A DNA stretch of 61,545 nt, counting the filler, from Choristocarpus tenellus KU-1152 (lineage: Eukaryota; Protista; Phaeophyceae): NCBI GenBank assembly GCA_964200185.2. It is 11 parts of 11 records of this genome, joined end to end, with 100 filler letters (N's around TTAATTAATTAA, not from the genome) between each part and the next. Parts side by side here need not be neighbours in the genome. Positions count along the whole stretch, not along the records: positions 25,674 to 31,567 come from CAXNAD020009480.1; positions 31,668 to 34,349 come from CAXNAD020025689.1; positions 34,450 to 38,266 come from CAXNAD020017761.1; positions 38,367 to 51,385 come from CAXNAD020001614.1; 7 more parts are not named here. One strand, written 5' to 3'. Position numbers and translations under genes: made by a program. This document shows positions 25,984 through 39,300 of this stretch, piece by piece. Each line of letters opens with the position of its first letter. Positions within the stretch are counted from its first letter, which is position 1. The notes beneath the pieces are model-generated. The model was given only the letters and a program-made list of their open reading frames with translations. It had not been told where the DNA came from and ran no database searches.

Positions 25984-28900
25984 TTCATTATTTTATAGTA
26001 GAAACATTTTTGGATATATCTTAATATAAATATGTCTTAAATTGACATCTGTTTTTAATTTGTTTTATTTTTCCATGATAAATCTTCAAAAAGTGAGATC
26101 TAGTAGTATTTAATAGTAGTTTCATTCTTAGTCATACTGATATACTCATAATAAACCGAATTAGGTAAGACTAGTCCAGTCAGAAACAGAAAATAAAAAA
26201 CAAAACAATTGAGATGTGAGTGAATAATTCATTCAAAACTAAAGCTCAAATCTCCCGCCTCTAAACAGGAATGTGGACAAGATGAACCACTTGCAAATTA
26301 CCAGTTGCCACTTATAACTTACCACTTAGTCCACCCTCCTACAGGAAAACCAACTCCTATATAAAGTTCACTTTTGTACGCAAGCCTTAGGAAAAGTAGT
26401 TTGGACCAGACGAAGGCCGTGCAATCTTGGATCTACTGGAGTAATATCCTTTTAGGTACTTGCTGAAACATCGAAAATCGGAAGGAGCATCTCATAGTTC
26501 TTTGATCATCACATCAGACTTGCAAGCTTCTCGGAACCTTCTCTCCGGATTACTTTTACTGGGACCATGATCTCTATCCCTCTCTTGCGCAAGATAGTTA
26601 TTGGAGTTGTTGGGGCCATCGCTTGTGCCTCACCGATCCGGGCTCTTCCGTCTGATGGTGTGCTGAACCTTCTCCAGGTTATGCACCAAAATCCGGTGGC
26701 GAAAGAACAGCCTCATGGTGAGAGACCGTAGATTGCAAACAGGTTGCGTATTAATCTGCATCAGGAAATTTCTGTGTGTATGACCTGCGTCTGGACAGTG
26801 TTGTTGTTAAGTTCGTGTTGTACAAATGTCGGTTCGAGTACAATGGAAGTTAGTTTTCTGTTGTTTTGGTGTTAGTTATCCGTGCCGAAGTTGCGCAGCA
26901 AACTTACACAGATGGTCGGAATGTGCTGCACGTGTTCATTACTGAGCTTATTTGCACGAATGCAGTTTCCGGCTTTGTCCCTGTGTCATTTAGATATAGT
27001 AAGAGTAGAAAGTGGCTACCCCTTCAGAAAGAAAATAATCTGCGTTTTGGAAATATTTCGAGTCACTCCCCAGTCACCCCCAATCCATAAGTTCACATTT
27101 CCCCCCTCCCCTGTTTACGGTTGGAATACAGTATCCAAGCTGGCGTGTCTGGAGAATAGATCCGTCAATCGACTGCAAAGTTCACACCAGAAGTCCGATC
27201 CCTCAGCCTTGAGGTACTTTGAAGGCTTTTACGGTGCGGAAGTTGCAGCATTTTCTTGCTGACAGATGTCTTGACCTCCTCGCCGTGACTGGGATATTTT
27301 GAGTCGACCAACTATGACATAGCCAGTCATGATTAGGAAGTCAAAATGCTACGCCCTAACCGGATATTGGTGTTTGGGGTGGTGGACTGAGATGGAGGAT
27401 ATGAGGGTGCCAGCAGTGTTCAGGGTGGTTCAGTATCAAACCTCAGCAATTTTCTCAAGAGTCGGTGGTTGAAGAGGCTGCAACTCCAACTGTGCAGATC
27501 ATTTTTACAGTGTGTATATTTAGTTAAGGTCATCAATGTAACTTGGAGGGGACAGGCAAAAGGAGGATGGAGGGAACTTCTCTGTAGGGATTGTATACAC
27601 TTCAAGATGTGATGAGCGCATGTGACACTGGTGCGACTTGTAAAAACCACCTGCATATTTGGTGTGCCTTGTTGGTGTGCCTGTTGAGTGGGCAGAGCTG
27701 TATCTAGTTGCAGGTTTAATCATTGTATGGCTTACTCCATTTATGTGTGTTTATTTTAATTGAGTAGATCTGTAATAATGTATCTGTAGTGTTTTGTCTG
27801 TCTTGTAGTGATGAACATCACTTGGTTTTTGGTAAGGTCTTGCAAATAGGAGTGTTCCAGTGAAGATAGGGATGTTTGGTTGGCATTAGGGTGATGAGAG
27901 TATCTGAGCCCATTCAAATCCCAGGCAGAGTGATAATTTTTTTCTGTGTGGATGCACTTTATCGGGAGAGTTGACAATAGCAGGTAATCAGTTGGCCACA
28001 GTGTGGTATGTATGATTAATCGAACTCTAGGACAGATAAGAAAAAGATTATATCCAAGCTCAATACATCCATCCTATCAACTTCACAAGGTCATTCGAAG
28101 CCCTACCTGACTTGATCTGAGTTTACTCACCCATGCACTGCTTGGTAACACCATGCTTTTTATCACTGTAAAGGACACATGTCTCTCAAGTAACATGTTC
28201 CAGCCTCACCTTCACCCTCAAGTAGGGTACAGACAGTATCATCCGTGATGTACGTTAGCAAGCTGTTTTGATTGATTCTTTCTCAATACACAGCCTCCCA
28301 GTGATACAGGATCTGTTGTACTGTATAGCAAGGTTTGCCATTCTACACATCACCTATGATATGTACACTGCTACGTTACTGTCTCCGCACATGCCCACAT
28401 TATTTCATGTTGAAATTGTTTCACCACTTCCAATACCCATGTGCTTGTTAGAATGGTATGCCAAGTGTGGCAAACACATACATGTTTTGTTTTTGTAACT
28501 GTCATGCACTTCAGTTCTCAAATCTTCTAATGCATTATTTTCTACAACGAAATTGTCCATAGATGTTTGTGTTGACAAAAATACAGATTCCTCCTAGGTC
28601 GTTCTGCGTATTGATGCCTTGATATTGAATCTCTTAGTATTTCACACTAAATTTTTTTTGTCACTCTTAGGTTAATAACCCATACATGGAATTACTTTCC
28701 ACGACATACATATGAAACCACTACTCTACAAACTGAATTTATTATTTCAATAGTGAGTACCACTTTTCATGGGTTCTGTTCTGTAGATTCACCAGACAAG
28801 ATGCTTGGTAGTTGCTATGTTCCAATGCTATATACTATGCTGCAGGGTGAGAAATATTGTACATTGTATACAGCTAGCTCCTGCAATAAGTGAGAGCAAG

Positions 28901-30899
28901 GAGCGTGCTCACAATATGTGGCATAATTCCAATCCTTGATGGCTTTCCGAATCCTTGTTGGATAGGAAAACCCAGCAATCACATTCCCTTCCCAACTCCT
29001 TGATTTGCTGAGTGCAATTCAGAACAATAGTTATGATGTGTACACTCACCAAAAATACATTAAATCGCCAACCTTGACCACATGTACACTCAGCGAAGTA
29101 ACATTATTGCAGAGGATGAATCATGTTGGGGGGTGGACACCATTGGGTCCCTTATGAAGAGTAGGCCTTGTTGGACACTTCAATGCTAGCAATCTGTCAA
29201 CCAGATACCAAGTATCAGTCAAAAGGAGACGGCTTCCATACTGTTGGTGGTTGATTCAACCTGGTAGGTGAACACGACTTGATATGATATGTTGACGCCT
29301 ATTTCTACATCTACAATGCAACTTTATCCCTCAATCAAAATCGGTATATGATATCCAGAGAGTGTACACATCGTCACTGTTGCTAATAAATAACACCTCT
29401 AAAAACATAGTTTTGATGTTTCTAAGGAAGTGTGACTCACTGTCACACTCATTACAACATTAGTGTTTTAGAGTACATTTGAAAATTATTGTTCAAAGCA
29501 GGTCACTACGCCTGCTATCTAATAATGTTTTCTTAATGGTGTTCAACGATTTTCCACCATAATAGAAGCTTTTCATTTCTTCATCAGAATTTCAAAAAAA
29601 TAATGGCAGTTTTACAGTTATCTGATGGATCCCCTGAACTATGAAGTTAGAAATGAGAATGGATGTGAATCCTTCTATCATCCTTCAGATTTCCTTATGC
29701 TTCATTTTTGTTGGCTTCAACATTAGTTTTTGAATATTGCATTATATGCTTCTTAGCTACCAATTGAAAACTCAGAAAAAGGATATTGTATTCAATTCGA
29801 TCTGACAGAACAGTAGCCACTGGAGAAATTTAGCTGATACAACAAAATATATTATCCCAGTCAGCACCAGAGAGGGACATGTGTCTAAGGGAGCGATAAT
29901 TGTATGGATTGCGCATTGTGCTTGCATACGAATTCCTTAATGCTTCTCATGCTACACAATATTGAATGTGGACAAGAGCGATTATCTGCACACTCAAATA
30001 TTCAACTTCATAAGTTTTCAGCACACACAGATAACTACAGCTGCCTGATAGGGGATATTGGGAAAGCATTCAGCACCAATGATTGCCAAGTACAAAGTTT
30101 GATGTACATCACAACTTCCTATTCGAGAACAAAGGTATGCATTATGGTTAGCGAAAGTAGTAATGTTTGCTCATGCAGAGACCTCCAAGAAGCAATGATA
30201 TGGTGGTATGAATATTGTGGGTGAGCCCTTTAATTGACATGCTTGTCGCCAGTCAATAAAATACACCTTAATGAGGAAAGAGTTCGTAAAAAAGTGTGTG
30301 CTGCCGTTTTGGGCCTGCCATCCCTAACCCTGGACCTTCAACAACAACAAAACGACCCTAAGAACCGATGCCTTTAATACAACAATTGGGGTCCACTTGT
30401 TTATGGCTTGTATTCACTGAGGGATGATATTGCATTGCTGCAAATATTATGTGCGTACAGTTAATTGTTGGTACAGGGAACAGAACCAACATTTATATTA
30501 CATCATCCATCAGTCATGAAGCAACTACTATCTGTCTGCATCGCATGTCTTGAAGCAAAAGCACTCAAGATGACAATTTTCTCCTCGTGCAGCAATATTT
30601 AGGCACGTTCCAGTCCACTGTCTTCAGCCTTTGCGCCTCCAAATCAAGAATTGTGATACCACTTCAACGAAGGGGAAAGACTAAAAATCGCTCCTCCACT
30701 GCCATTACCATCAGGGCCTCAGTCTTGTCTTCAGGGAATTCACCCCCTTCCTCACCAGAGCCAAAGCATTGAAGAGGGCAGGGCCACGTTCGTTTGACCT
30801 CCGATTGCAAAATGGACCTTTGCGTTCGATTCCTTGCAATATTTTACATAAAAAACTGTGTCTCGCCTTTGTGACACCATTAACCCACCCATCCAGGGT

Positions 30900-31500
30900 C
30901 GCCATGGAGCCCGCTCTGTCTACTTCGACTGATCTAGCCAACCCACCCTCCCGCTGCCTTTTTTTGGTCCTGGTGTGCTCTACCTCCCCCCCAGCGTCCT
31001 TAACACCTGATTGAGCCTCTTGAACAGACTCTGCCACACCCTCTTTAGCGTGTCTGCATCGTACTCAGGGAACATGCTTGAAACCCCCTCTACAAGTTCA
31101 TCAACAGTGCCATAATGCTCCGCCCAAACCCTGCTCTTCAGAGATGCAACCCCCCCCATATCATTGATGTTGAGATCAAGCAATCGCGCTTGTTATGTCA
31201 TGAGATTAATGTCCCATCCCTTCTCCATCCCTGCTGCGTTCAGCTTCTGCACTGTGCCCTTCCCCGTATGTGGGGTTGCACTGTCCTGCTATATGGAGGA
31301 TTCCAACCAAGGCATTTTTTCCTTGATCGCTGGCAACAGCTCTTCCGTGTATCACTCCAGGTACCACTTGGCATCGACAATGACGTCGACCTTATGCTCC
31401 TTGCCATTTTTGTGCTGCACATTATTCTGTTGCACCTCCTTCGTGGCGCAAAACGACCAGATCCCGATCTTGCCATCGAAATCACGGGAAGGAAATAGGC
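30900..31500 (-). mobile_element. Tc1/mariner (DD39D/DD40D-like) transposase pseudogene
   Basis: One reading frame with stops: DFDGKIGIWSF..WYLE*YTEELLPAIKEKMPW..*QDSATPH..GWDINLMT*QARLLDLNINDMG..SLKSRVW..TVDELV..YDADTLKRVWQSLFKRLNQVLRTLGG. Confidence 0.85.
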
Positions 31501-31521
31501 ACAAAACAGTGGAAATGAATA

Positions 31522-31756
31522 GGCTCAAAGTAGGGGGGGGGGGGGTCTACACCAGGGTGCCCATTCGNNNNNNNNNNNNNNNNNNNNNNNNNNNNNNNNN
31601 NNNNNNNNNNNTTAATTAATTAANNNNNNNNNNNNNNNNNNNNNNNNNNNNNNNNNNNNNNNNNNNNAACCAACGAAAACGTTGAAAAGCGAAAAAAGGG
31701 GAAAAAACGCACACCGCCCCCCCCCCCCCCTCCCCCACCCCCAGATACTTTGACCC
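31522..31756. mobile_element. MITE family B-related element spanning a gap
   Basis: Left end GGCTCAAAGTA-G(n), right end C(n)AGATACTTTGACCC, with a matching ATA target duplication on both sides. Confidence 0.65.
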
Positions 31757-32363
31757 ATAACAATGTTTAGATCAAGCCGTAGGAAACGAGAAGGTGTCTT
31801 TCGCACCAAAAAAATAAAAATATGCTCTAACGGACTGACTGCTGTAGCAAATGCACCCAACAGAGCAAACAAAACAATTTGAGCACTACTGTTGTGTACC
31901 CCCCACCCTACACAATATTGCGATTCTTGGTGCTCGTATGACCTGTGTTGGAGGTCTCTCTTGTGCAACTCAATTTTTTTTAAAAGACTCGAGAAACATA
32001 TATTGGCTACCTTCAACTGCTTTGCAGCTGCCACCATGTGTGCGCCTAGTTGGTGGATAAGTATACACTGAGAGTGATACAATCTCGTTCCCCCTTGAGC
32101 AGGGTTTTGCAGACGCTGAATGTGATTCGTATGTTTGCTTTGAATTGCGACTGGCTGCTTATGTTACATCTTTATCTTCAGTAGATCAGTGCTATTGGTA
32201 AGTTATGTTCTGGGTGGGAATAGTATTGCAAGGACAGGAACGATTGAGCCGGTCAAGTCGGATCTAGAAATGACACTCTGTGGATGTATGCACGGACTGT
32301 CTTCCCTTCTTCTACCTCTTGAGTGAATGGAATGCTATACCCACGCGTCGTCTAGCAGTCACT

Positions 32364-32622
32364 GAGTCAAAGTATCTTAGAGGCTAGAGCCGTGTCCGTT
32401 TGGAGGCCAAAGTCCAAAGTTTCGATTTTGATGTAATTTTGGCTATCGAATTTAATAGGAAGTGTTGATATCCTTGTTCCAGACACACCTTTTCATAAAC
32501 GTATACATTTTACCTATTCCGAAACACTTTGGAGTAGGTAAATTGTCATAAGCACTCATGGAAAGCCAAGACCCAAACGGACAAACAGCGTAAAACTCGC
32601 ATCCTCTAAAATACTTACACTC
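32364..32622 (+). mobile_element. MITE family A with perfect ACT TSD
   Basis: ACT|GAGTCAAAGTATCTTAGAGG...ATACTTACACTC|ACT. Confidence 0.88.
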
Positions 32623-32838
32623 ACTATCATCGATGCTTCAACCAGTTGTGACCAATATTATGGCATCAATGCATGTGTTGCTTGCAGAGAACAGGAGATA
32701 TGTTTCTTGAAATAGTTGTTCAGTCGATCTGTGTACAAGGAAAGCTCCTTGTGCAGCATTCTGTATCATTGCACCATATTTGGGGGGGAGACACCGCTGC
32801 GAAGAGGCTGCAGGCTTGAAAGCACCATAGTTCGCTTT

Positions 32839-33097
32839 GAGTGAAAGTATTTTAGAGGGTACGTGTTTTTCCCTGTTTGTCCATTTGGGGCTTGATTTCT
32901 CACGGGTTTTTGATGGCATTTTACCTACTCCAAAATGTTTTGGAGTGGGTAAAATGTATACCCTATAAAAAGTTGTGTCCAAAACAAGGATATTGACATC
33001 TCCTAACAAACGCAATAGCCAAAGTTACATCAAAATTGTAACATTGGATTTTGGTCTCCAAATGGACGCGGCCCTACCCATTAAGATACTTTGGCTC
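32839..33097 (-). mobile_element. MITE family A
   Basis: Both TIRs present. Confidence 0.85.
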
Positions 33098-34159
33098 CTG
33101 TTCTACCCAACCATCCCACGTAGTGTATCAGAACCAAAACAAGCCTCTTCCGCTTTCTAGAATGGAAAGACCTGTTGATGTTTTTCAATATGTTGATCCT
33201 TCTTTGGTGTTTAGTTAGTTTATAATGTATCTGATATTTTCTTGCCATTTTCTTGCCGTACAATCCCAGTATGTCTCTGATGTAAGGAAGGAAAGCAATC
33301 CCAGTATGCCTCTCATGTAGATGCACATTCGAATGAACCTTTTTTTTTTTCACTCACTCCAGCACAACATGCTTTGACAATATTTAGGAAAACCTTTATC
33401 TTGTTCAAGATATATATATATATTTCTGAACGATGGATGTCTGTCAATATATTGATATCAATTTTATAATTGAAGGCTCCTTTGTCATACACACTGCATA
33501 GCCTTTCTCAGAACCATGTCTCTCACGATCTCATTATTTTACTTTGAGTCCAGATTAACATGGCAAAAAATGGTCAGGAATATTGGTTTCACCTTAGAAC
33601 TCCCCGATCAAAAAACATTACCCCTATATCAGAATGAGCTTCACCACTGTCCCTGCCCGCTGCCTTCATCTCTATGGCCTGAGAAATAGCCTCCAAAGCC
33701 TCTTCAGCTTTCCCCACAGCCTACAGGAGTAAGACATGTTACACAGGAGGGACCAAATGCTGTCAGAACTTCTGAGGTCAAAAGGAAGAAGTCACCAAAT
33801 GATCTTTCAGAGGGGTCCCTACCTAATAATTCATAGGGGAGTGGTTGTGTAAGAAGGGTGTGTTCCAAAATACAATACTGCAGCAAGAGTATGCGGAACT
33901 TCTCTAGAGGTCATTTCACGATACATTGAATTGGAGCGATCTCCTCAATCCTATTACACCCCCATATATTACTGCAGTGACACGCTTGTGTTCATATATG
34001 CAGGACACAAGTAGATACCATGAGATCACAGCTGGAGAAGTTCAAATGCAACGGGTGAGCTGTACCTCAAGCGTGGATGTTTCCATTTCGCCTATTGGAA
34101 CATATTGTGATATTTCAGACAAGAGTTGAAGTCTTGACATGGAAGAAAAATTACGGTTG

Positions 34160-34349
34160 GAGTGAAAGTATCTTAGAGGGTACGGGTTTTGCCCTGTTTG
34201 TCCATTTGGGGCTTGGCTTCTTATGCCTTTTTTATGACATTTTACATACTCCAAAATGTTTCTGAGTAGTTAAAAAAAATACCTATGAAAAGTTGTGTCC
34301 AGAAGACGGATATTGACACTTCCTAACAAACACGATGACCAACATTGCA
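34160..34349 (-). mobile_element. MITE family A, truncated by gap
   Basis: One TIR plus internal match. Confidence 0.8.
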
Positions 34350-34995
34350 NNNNNNNNNNNNNNNNNNNNNNNNNNNNNNNNNNNNNNNNNNNNTTAATTA
34401 ATTAANNNNNNNNNNNNNNNNNNNNNNNNNNNNNNNNNNNNNNNNNNNNCCCCCCAGATACTTTGACCCAGTTGCACTGGGGTTGCTGATTGCACAACAA
34501 TATTTCTCCAGAGTAATTATTAGCTGCATGTATATGCCATGATTTGAGGCTGTAGCCCTCAACTACTCACTGAATACTCCTATCAGATGGAAGTTAATTT
34601 GAATTATTTGAAATTAAGCTACTGAACGGCTCTGCTGAAACTTCAAAACATTGACAATGACCAGTACAGGTTTGCTTCAAAGTTCTTGGAAGTATCACAA
34701 TACACAACTCTGCCACAGAAAGCTCCAAAAACAATTGTGCACCTCACTACCTATCCCAGTCCTCATCAAACGGACGGTTGGATCCCTACTGATAAATCAT
34801 AACCTGTTGGGAAGTCAACTCACAGGAAAGCAGTTCTTTGCTTAAAATACAAAAGTCATCAGACATCATAACAAGCTCTCATCCTCTTAGAATGCTGTGT
34901 CTCTTCAGCTGCTTGGCTCTCAAGCTACACAAATTTCAGTTCTGTACTAGTATAAACCTTGCACCTTTTTCCATCTTGGCATAATGAATGGGAAG

Positions 34996-35166
34996 ATGGA
35001 AAAAGCATGAGTCAACGCTACGCCGCCTAGAGGCTACCATTGGAGGAAATGGAGAGGGTGGGAGTGGAGCTGGCAGTGCTCCTGGCAGCCTTGAGACCGA
35101 GTGGAAGAGAGATGCGGGGATCCTACGACAGCAACTGCAGAAGTCAAGAGAGGCTGCTGTTGCAAG
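34996..35166 (+). CDS. Putative isolated exon of unknown, possibly coiled-coil protein
   Basis: Open GC-richer segment WKKHESTLRRLEATIGG..ETEWKRDAGILRQQLQKSREAAVAR bounded by AG/GT. A possible partner exon lies at ~36558-36703. No family recognised. Confidence 0.35.
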
Positions 35167-36171
35167 GTATACGAGTTCAAGAGATGCTGTGACAATGGTT
35201 TTTTGTATAGACAGCAGAATGATACCCTTGAGCGACAGAAGTTCCATGGTTTGGGATTCGTTATCGTACTACCAGGTACAAGGACAGGTTATGTCTCCGT
35301 TTAGACTTCCATCTCTGTGTACAGGTCTGTGTATGTACCTGTCTGTGAGCTCAAAGTTCTTGGCTCTATGAATGAAGTGTATATTAAGTATAGACCACTA
35401 TAATTACAGACAAGGGTGAACAAGAAGGATGGTGGGGGTTAGGTTCGGTTTTGATGTGTTGAGAAGACCTCTCCTTTCCATTTGCTTGGCAGTGCATACT
35501 TGCCTTGCTAGGGATAATGAAAGGGGTGTACACATGCTACCCAAGATGACAGGGAGCAGTGGGAAAGAGGGGGGGAAAGGCCATCAACTTTCAACCATTA
35601 GACAAATTTCTGTAGTCTTACAGCCTAGGCAGTACAATAAACTACTAAAGTGAAGACCTTGAGACAATAGAGTGACAGACATTTAGACTAGATACTCTTA
35701 GTAGGCAGGAGCTCAAGCTTCGTTTACGCTGAGTGTAGACTGGCAGTTGTTGAAAGAACGGAAACTTCCCCAAACTGAAGCAGCAAGATAGAAGTACAAT
35801 GATAAATGTTGCGTATATATGATACAACCTCGCTCATCCCTACTTATTCCATCACCTTAATAGCTCTTCATATCACAGTTGGTTTAGAGTTGTAGTGCTC
35901 TGAGTACATGGCAATTGGCATTGCTTGAGTAGACAACAAAGAAACAAGCCGACACACCAAGAGTACTACACAGACACTTTTTTCTCCTAATCCAAAGCCA
36001 TGCCTAACATTAAAAACCCCTATTATTCTCCAAATCTGACCCTGTTCCTGAGTTATGTGATGATTGAGGGATAGTCATCATGTCTCCAACAGCTGTATTA
36101 TTTCCATTGCTCATTAATGAAATGAACGCCATCTCACATCCATGTGATGCCTCTGCACTACAATCACAATC

Positions 36172-36429
36172 GAGTCAAACCAGATGAAAGGTAGGTAGGG
36201 TTGCATTTTAAGGATCCCGAGAAAGGGAAAAACTGTTCCGTTTTGTAAATTGCAGAAAGGGGCTTTGCTGGATTGCGATGATACTTTGTGTGTGGATGGG
36301 GGGAACACCAATTTTTTGTGCATTATTGACCACATCAAGCAATTAAATAGAACATATTGCACATGTTAATAGATATGGCTTGGAATGCAAAAGGGTCCAA
36401 GTCTGCCTCCCTCTCAATTGCTTTGACTC
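36172..36429. mobile_element. MITE family C (~260 bp)
   Basis: GAGTCAAA...TTTGACTC termini; homologous along its length to 38567-38827. Confidence 0.7.
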
Positions 36430-38225
36430 AATTACCCGTCAATCTGTACTTCCTCTTTTTCTTCCCATCCAGCAATCTCCTTTCATATTACTGATTATAT
36501 TGTAACCACCTTCAGACACCTTGCACTCTGTGGAAAATGGGCAGGTTCTCTAAGCAGGTATCAGGACCAGAGAAGAAGAAAAGTAAATCAGGAAGGGCTG
36601 GTGTGGGCCATGGACATGGCAAGGGTTTAGATGGATTACCTCAGGATACTGCTGGCATATCATGCCTACTCAGCCAACTCACAATGAGGCGGATGGGGAG
36701 CAGGTAAAAGGGCGAGGAGGTCTCCAATGGGATAGGACTGAATGCTGAGCCAAGAGCGTAGACATTGAATTCGCTAATTCATGCAGGAAAACCAATCCCC
36801 GCTGTGTGTGTTATGAGGGATGCAAGGAGGAAATACCCCCAGCTTGCGTCTCTCGCACTCTTTACTGTTCATATATGCCATCAGGGTTTATATCATATTC
36901 TATAGGCTCTTGATCTATCTGCCATTACAGGCAAGCACCCCACATACACATGAGAAGTGTGGGTTGTATTATTATTTTTGTGCTCAATGTTGAGCACTTG
37001 GATTACTTTACGGCATTTGATACTTCAAAGTATGATTCTTCTTCTAAGTAACAATCATTTGACGGTGATGTTCGGCATGAGGATCATCCTCACACTGAGC
37101 GTATTGTGTGGTGGTGGTACCGAGTAATGTGTAGTACACGACCAGTTGTACTTGCATATATATATATTTAGTATTTTTGACTACATATTCTTCTGTGTCT
37201 GAACATGGGACTGGTTGGATGAGGTGTATACTACTCAGTATCATTACGACTCCCATGAGGAGGGGCGAGGGGGGTGGCATGGGAAGGAGGTAGGATGACA
37301 ATAACTTGTGCTCTTGCTTGTGGTAGTGTCATGAAGGCCTCTTCACATCTTGATTTTTAGTACAGTGGAGGGGAAACTAGGGTAACAACGTGCGGTACAT
37401 GAGAAGGTATCCTCACCATCCGCGCATTGAAGGCCTTACATTTTCAACTGTTGAGCTACATAGAACAAAGTTGAAAGAGCACCGAGTACATAGGAAATTA
37501 ACAAGCAATTTCCTGGTTTGATTGTACCGAAGTTGTTTCACCTTTTTCACAACTTCCAATATTTTAATACTGTGTGTGGATAGAAGATGCGGTTAGACAG
37601 GAGTCAATGGGAGGGTAGGAGGGAGGGGACAGCCTTTCACTTTCTCATCTTACTTTTTGTGCCATTCCGATTGGTGAGGAATTTTATGGTGTTAGAGAGG
37701 GGAAAATGAGAACTGTGTCACCTTTCTTTAACAAGGAGGGATCTTGGGAACTGGGTCATATAACATGAAAAAAATCATTTCCATGATGACTGCACAATTG
37801 TGCAAGCTTTGCGCTGGAAGATATTGCAGGACCTTTATGTTGCAGGAAATAAGCTAGCTCACCAACATAGCACCTCAAATGTTGGGTGTTTCCAACCCCC
37901 CTACAGCTGCACCCTTCTATTACTTTGTAAAAGGTGTGTGCTTTGGTGCTGACTGGACAAAGAATGTGCTACATCTAATTATATTGGAGATAGTGCTACA
38001 GCTTAGTTTTTAGTGGACACAGCAGCGTGCAACATCTAGCCTGCTGGCAGGATGATCACTGTAATCTATTCAACTTCTATGCTACCCGGAAGCTTAATTT
38101 TCCCTCAATCAAGGTCCCATTTACCGATAGGGGCATACCACCTAAATCAACAGTGAGGCTGTCCATCTTAGCCACTACGTGTGGGTATTCCATACCATCT
38201 ACACGGTAAGGCACGTTGTTTTAAA

Positions 38226-38366
38226 GACCCAAAGTATCTGGGGGGGGGGGGGGGGGCAACTCAGGGNNNNNNNNNNNNNNNNNNNNNNNNNNNNNNNNNN
38301 NNNNNNNNNNTTAATTAATTAANNNNNNNNNNNNNNNNNNNNNNNNNNNNNNNNNNNNNNNNNNNN

Positions 38367-38399
<33 letters not shown>

Positions 38400-38413
38400 A
38401 GATACTTTGACCC
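38226..38413. mobile_element. MITE family B-related ends flanking a gap
   Basis: GACCCAAAGTATCTG(n) on the left and C(n)AGATACTTTGACCC on the right. Confidence 0.6.
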
Positions 38414-38566
38414 ACCCTCCTAAGGGAGGTTGACTACATTTCTAGCTTGGGTATGGAAAATATTGTACAACGTCCAAAAATACCCCAAATTTCAAACAGA
38501 CCAAAAACGATATATCCCTCTCTTGGATGGTGTAACCCACCAATAGAGCTCTATATAAAACGTAGA

Positions 38567-38827
38567 GAGGCAAACTAATTGGGGGTAGACAGGATTGTAT
38601 TTGAAGGATCCTAAGAAAGGGTAAAAAAGACACCATGTTGTACAATTGCAGAGAGAGGGTTTGCTTAATTGTGGTGTCACTTTGTGTGTTGAAAAGGGGC
38701 AATACCAATCTTTCCGTCCACTATTGTGCACATAAAGCAATGAAATAGAGCAGATTGCACATGGAAAGAAAGATGGCTTTGGATGCAAAGGGGTGCAAAC
38801 CTGCCTACTTCTCCATTGGTTTGTCTC
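38567..38827. mobile_element. MITE family C
   Basis: Imperfect ~30-bp TIRs GAGRCAAAC.AAT.G.G..GTAG.CAGG; second copy of 36172-36429. Confidence 0.7.
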
Positions 38828-39086
38828 AGGGCACTCGCATTTCTCCTTCATTCCTTGGGGACTTATCTCTAATCCGTGCTTCTGAGTACATCTTATTAAT
38901 GGATACAAGACTATTTGTGGAGCTGTAGAATTGAGAATGTGGTGTTGAACATTGGTGATTAAAGCAGAAGAGAAACGGTGGCATAGATGTTCTGGCCCTT
39001 GAACAAGGACAACAAGGACAACTTCCCGAGCGTTTTTCTTTATTTTCGTGTTTCGCTTTGCGTCCGTTCCTAAACTTCTCTCTCAC

Positions 39087-39300
39087 TTCATCTTTATCCT
39101 ACCACACAGGGAGTTAGTTGTTGGGAGAGCGGTCCAGCCGGGATTCGATCCTACAACGTTGATTTCGTCAATTAAGTAAATACTCCGCTCACTGTTCTAC
39201 CAAAGTAGACAACAGTCGTCTCGCCACTATCTAATAGGTGGGATCGAGTCCCAGCTGACCCGTTTTCCCGACTACTTGCGAGGAGGAAAGATAGGGTGAA
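39087..39300. repeat. Inverted pair of possible tRNA-derived SINE remnants
   Basis: 39087-39154 and 39238-39300 are diverged inverted copies, each with a B-box-like GGATCGA(A/G)TCCC. Confidence 0.35.

Noticed and set aside
39195-39260. Functional tRNA gene
   Set aside because: Only a B-box-like arm is present; no acceptor stem or cloverleaf could be formed.
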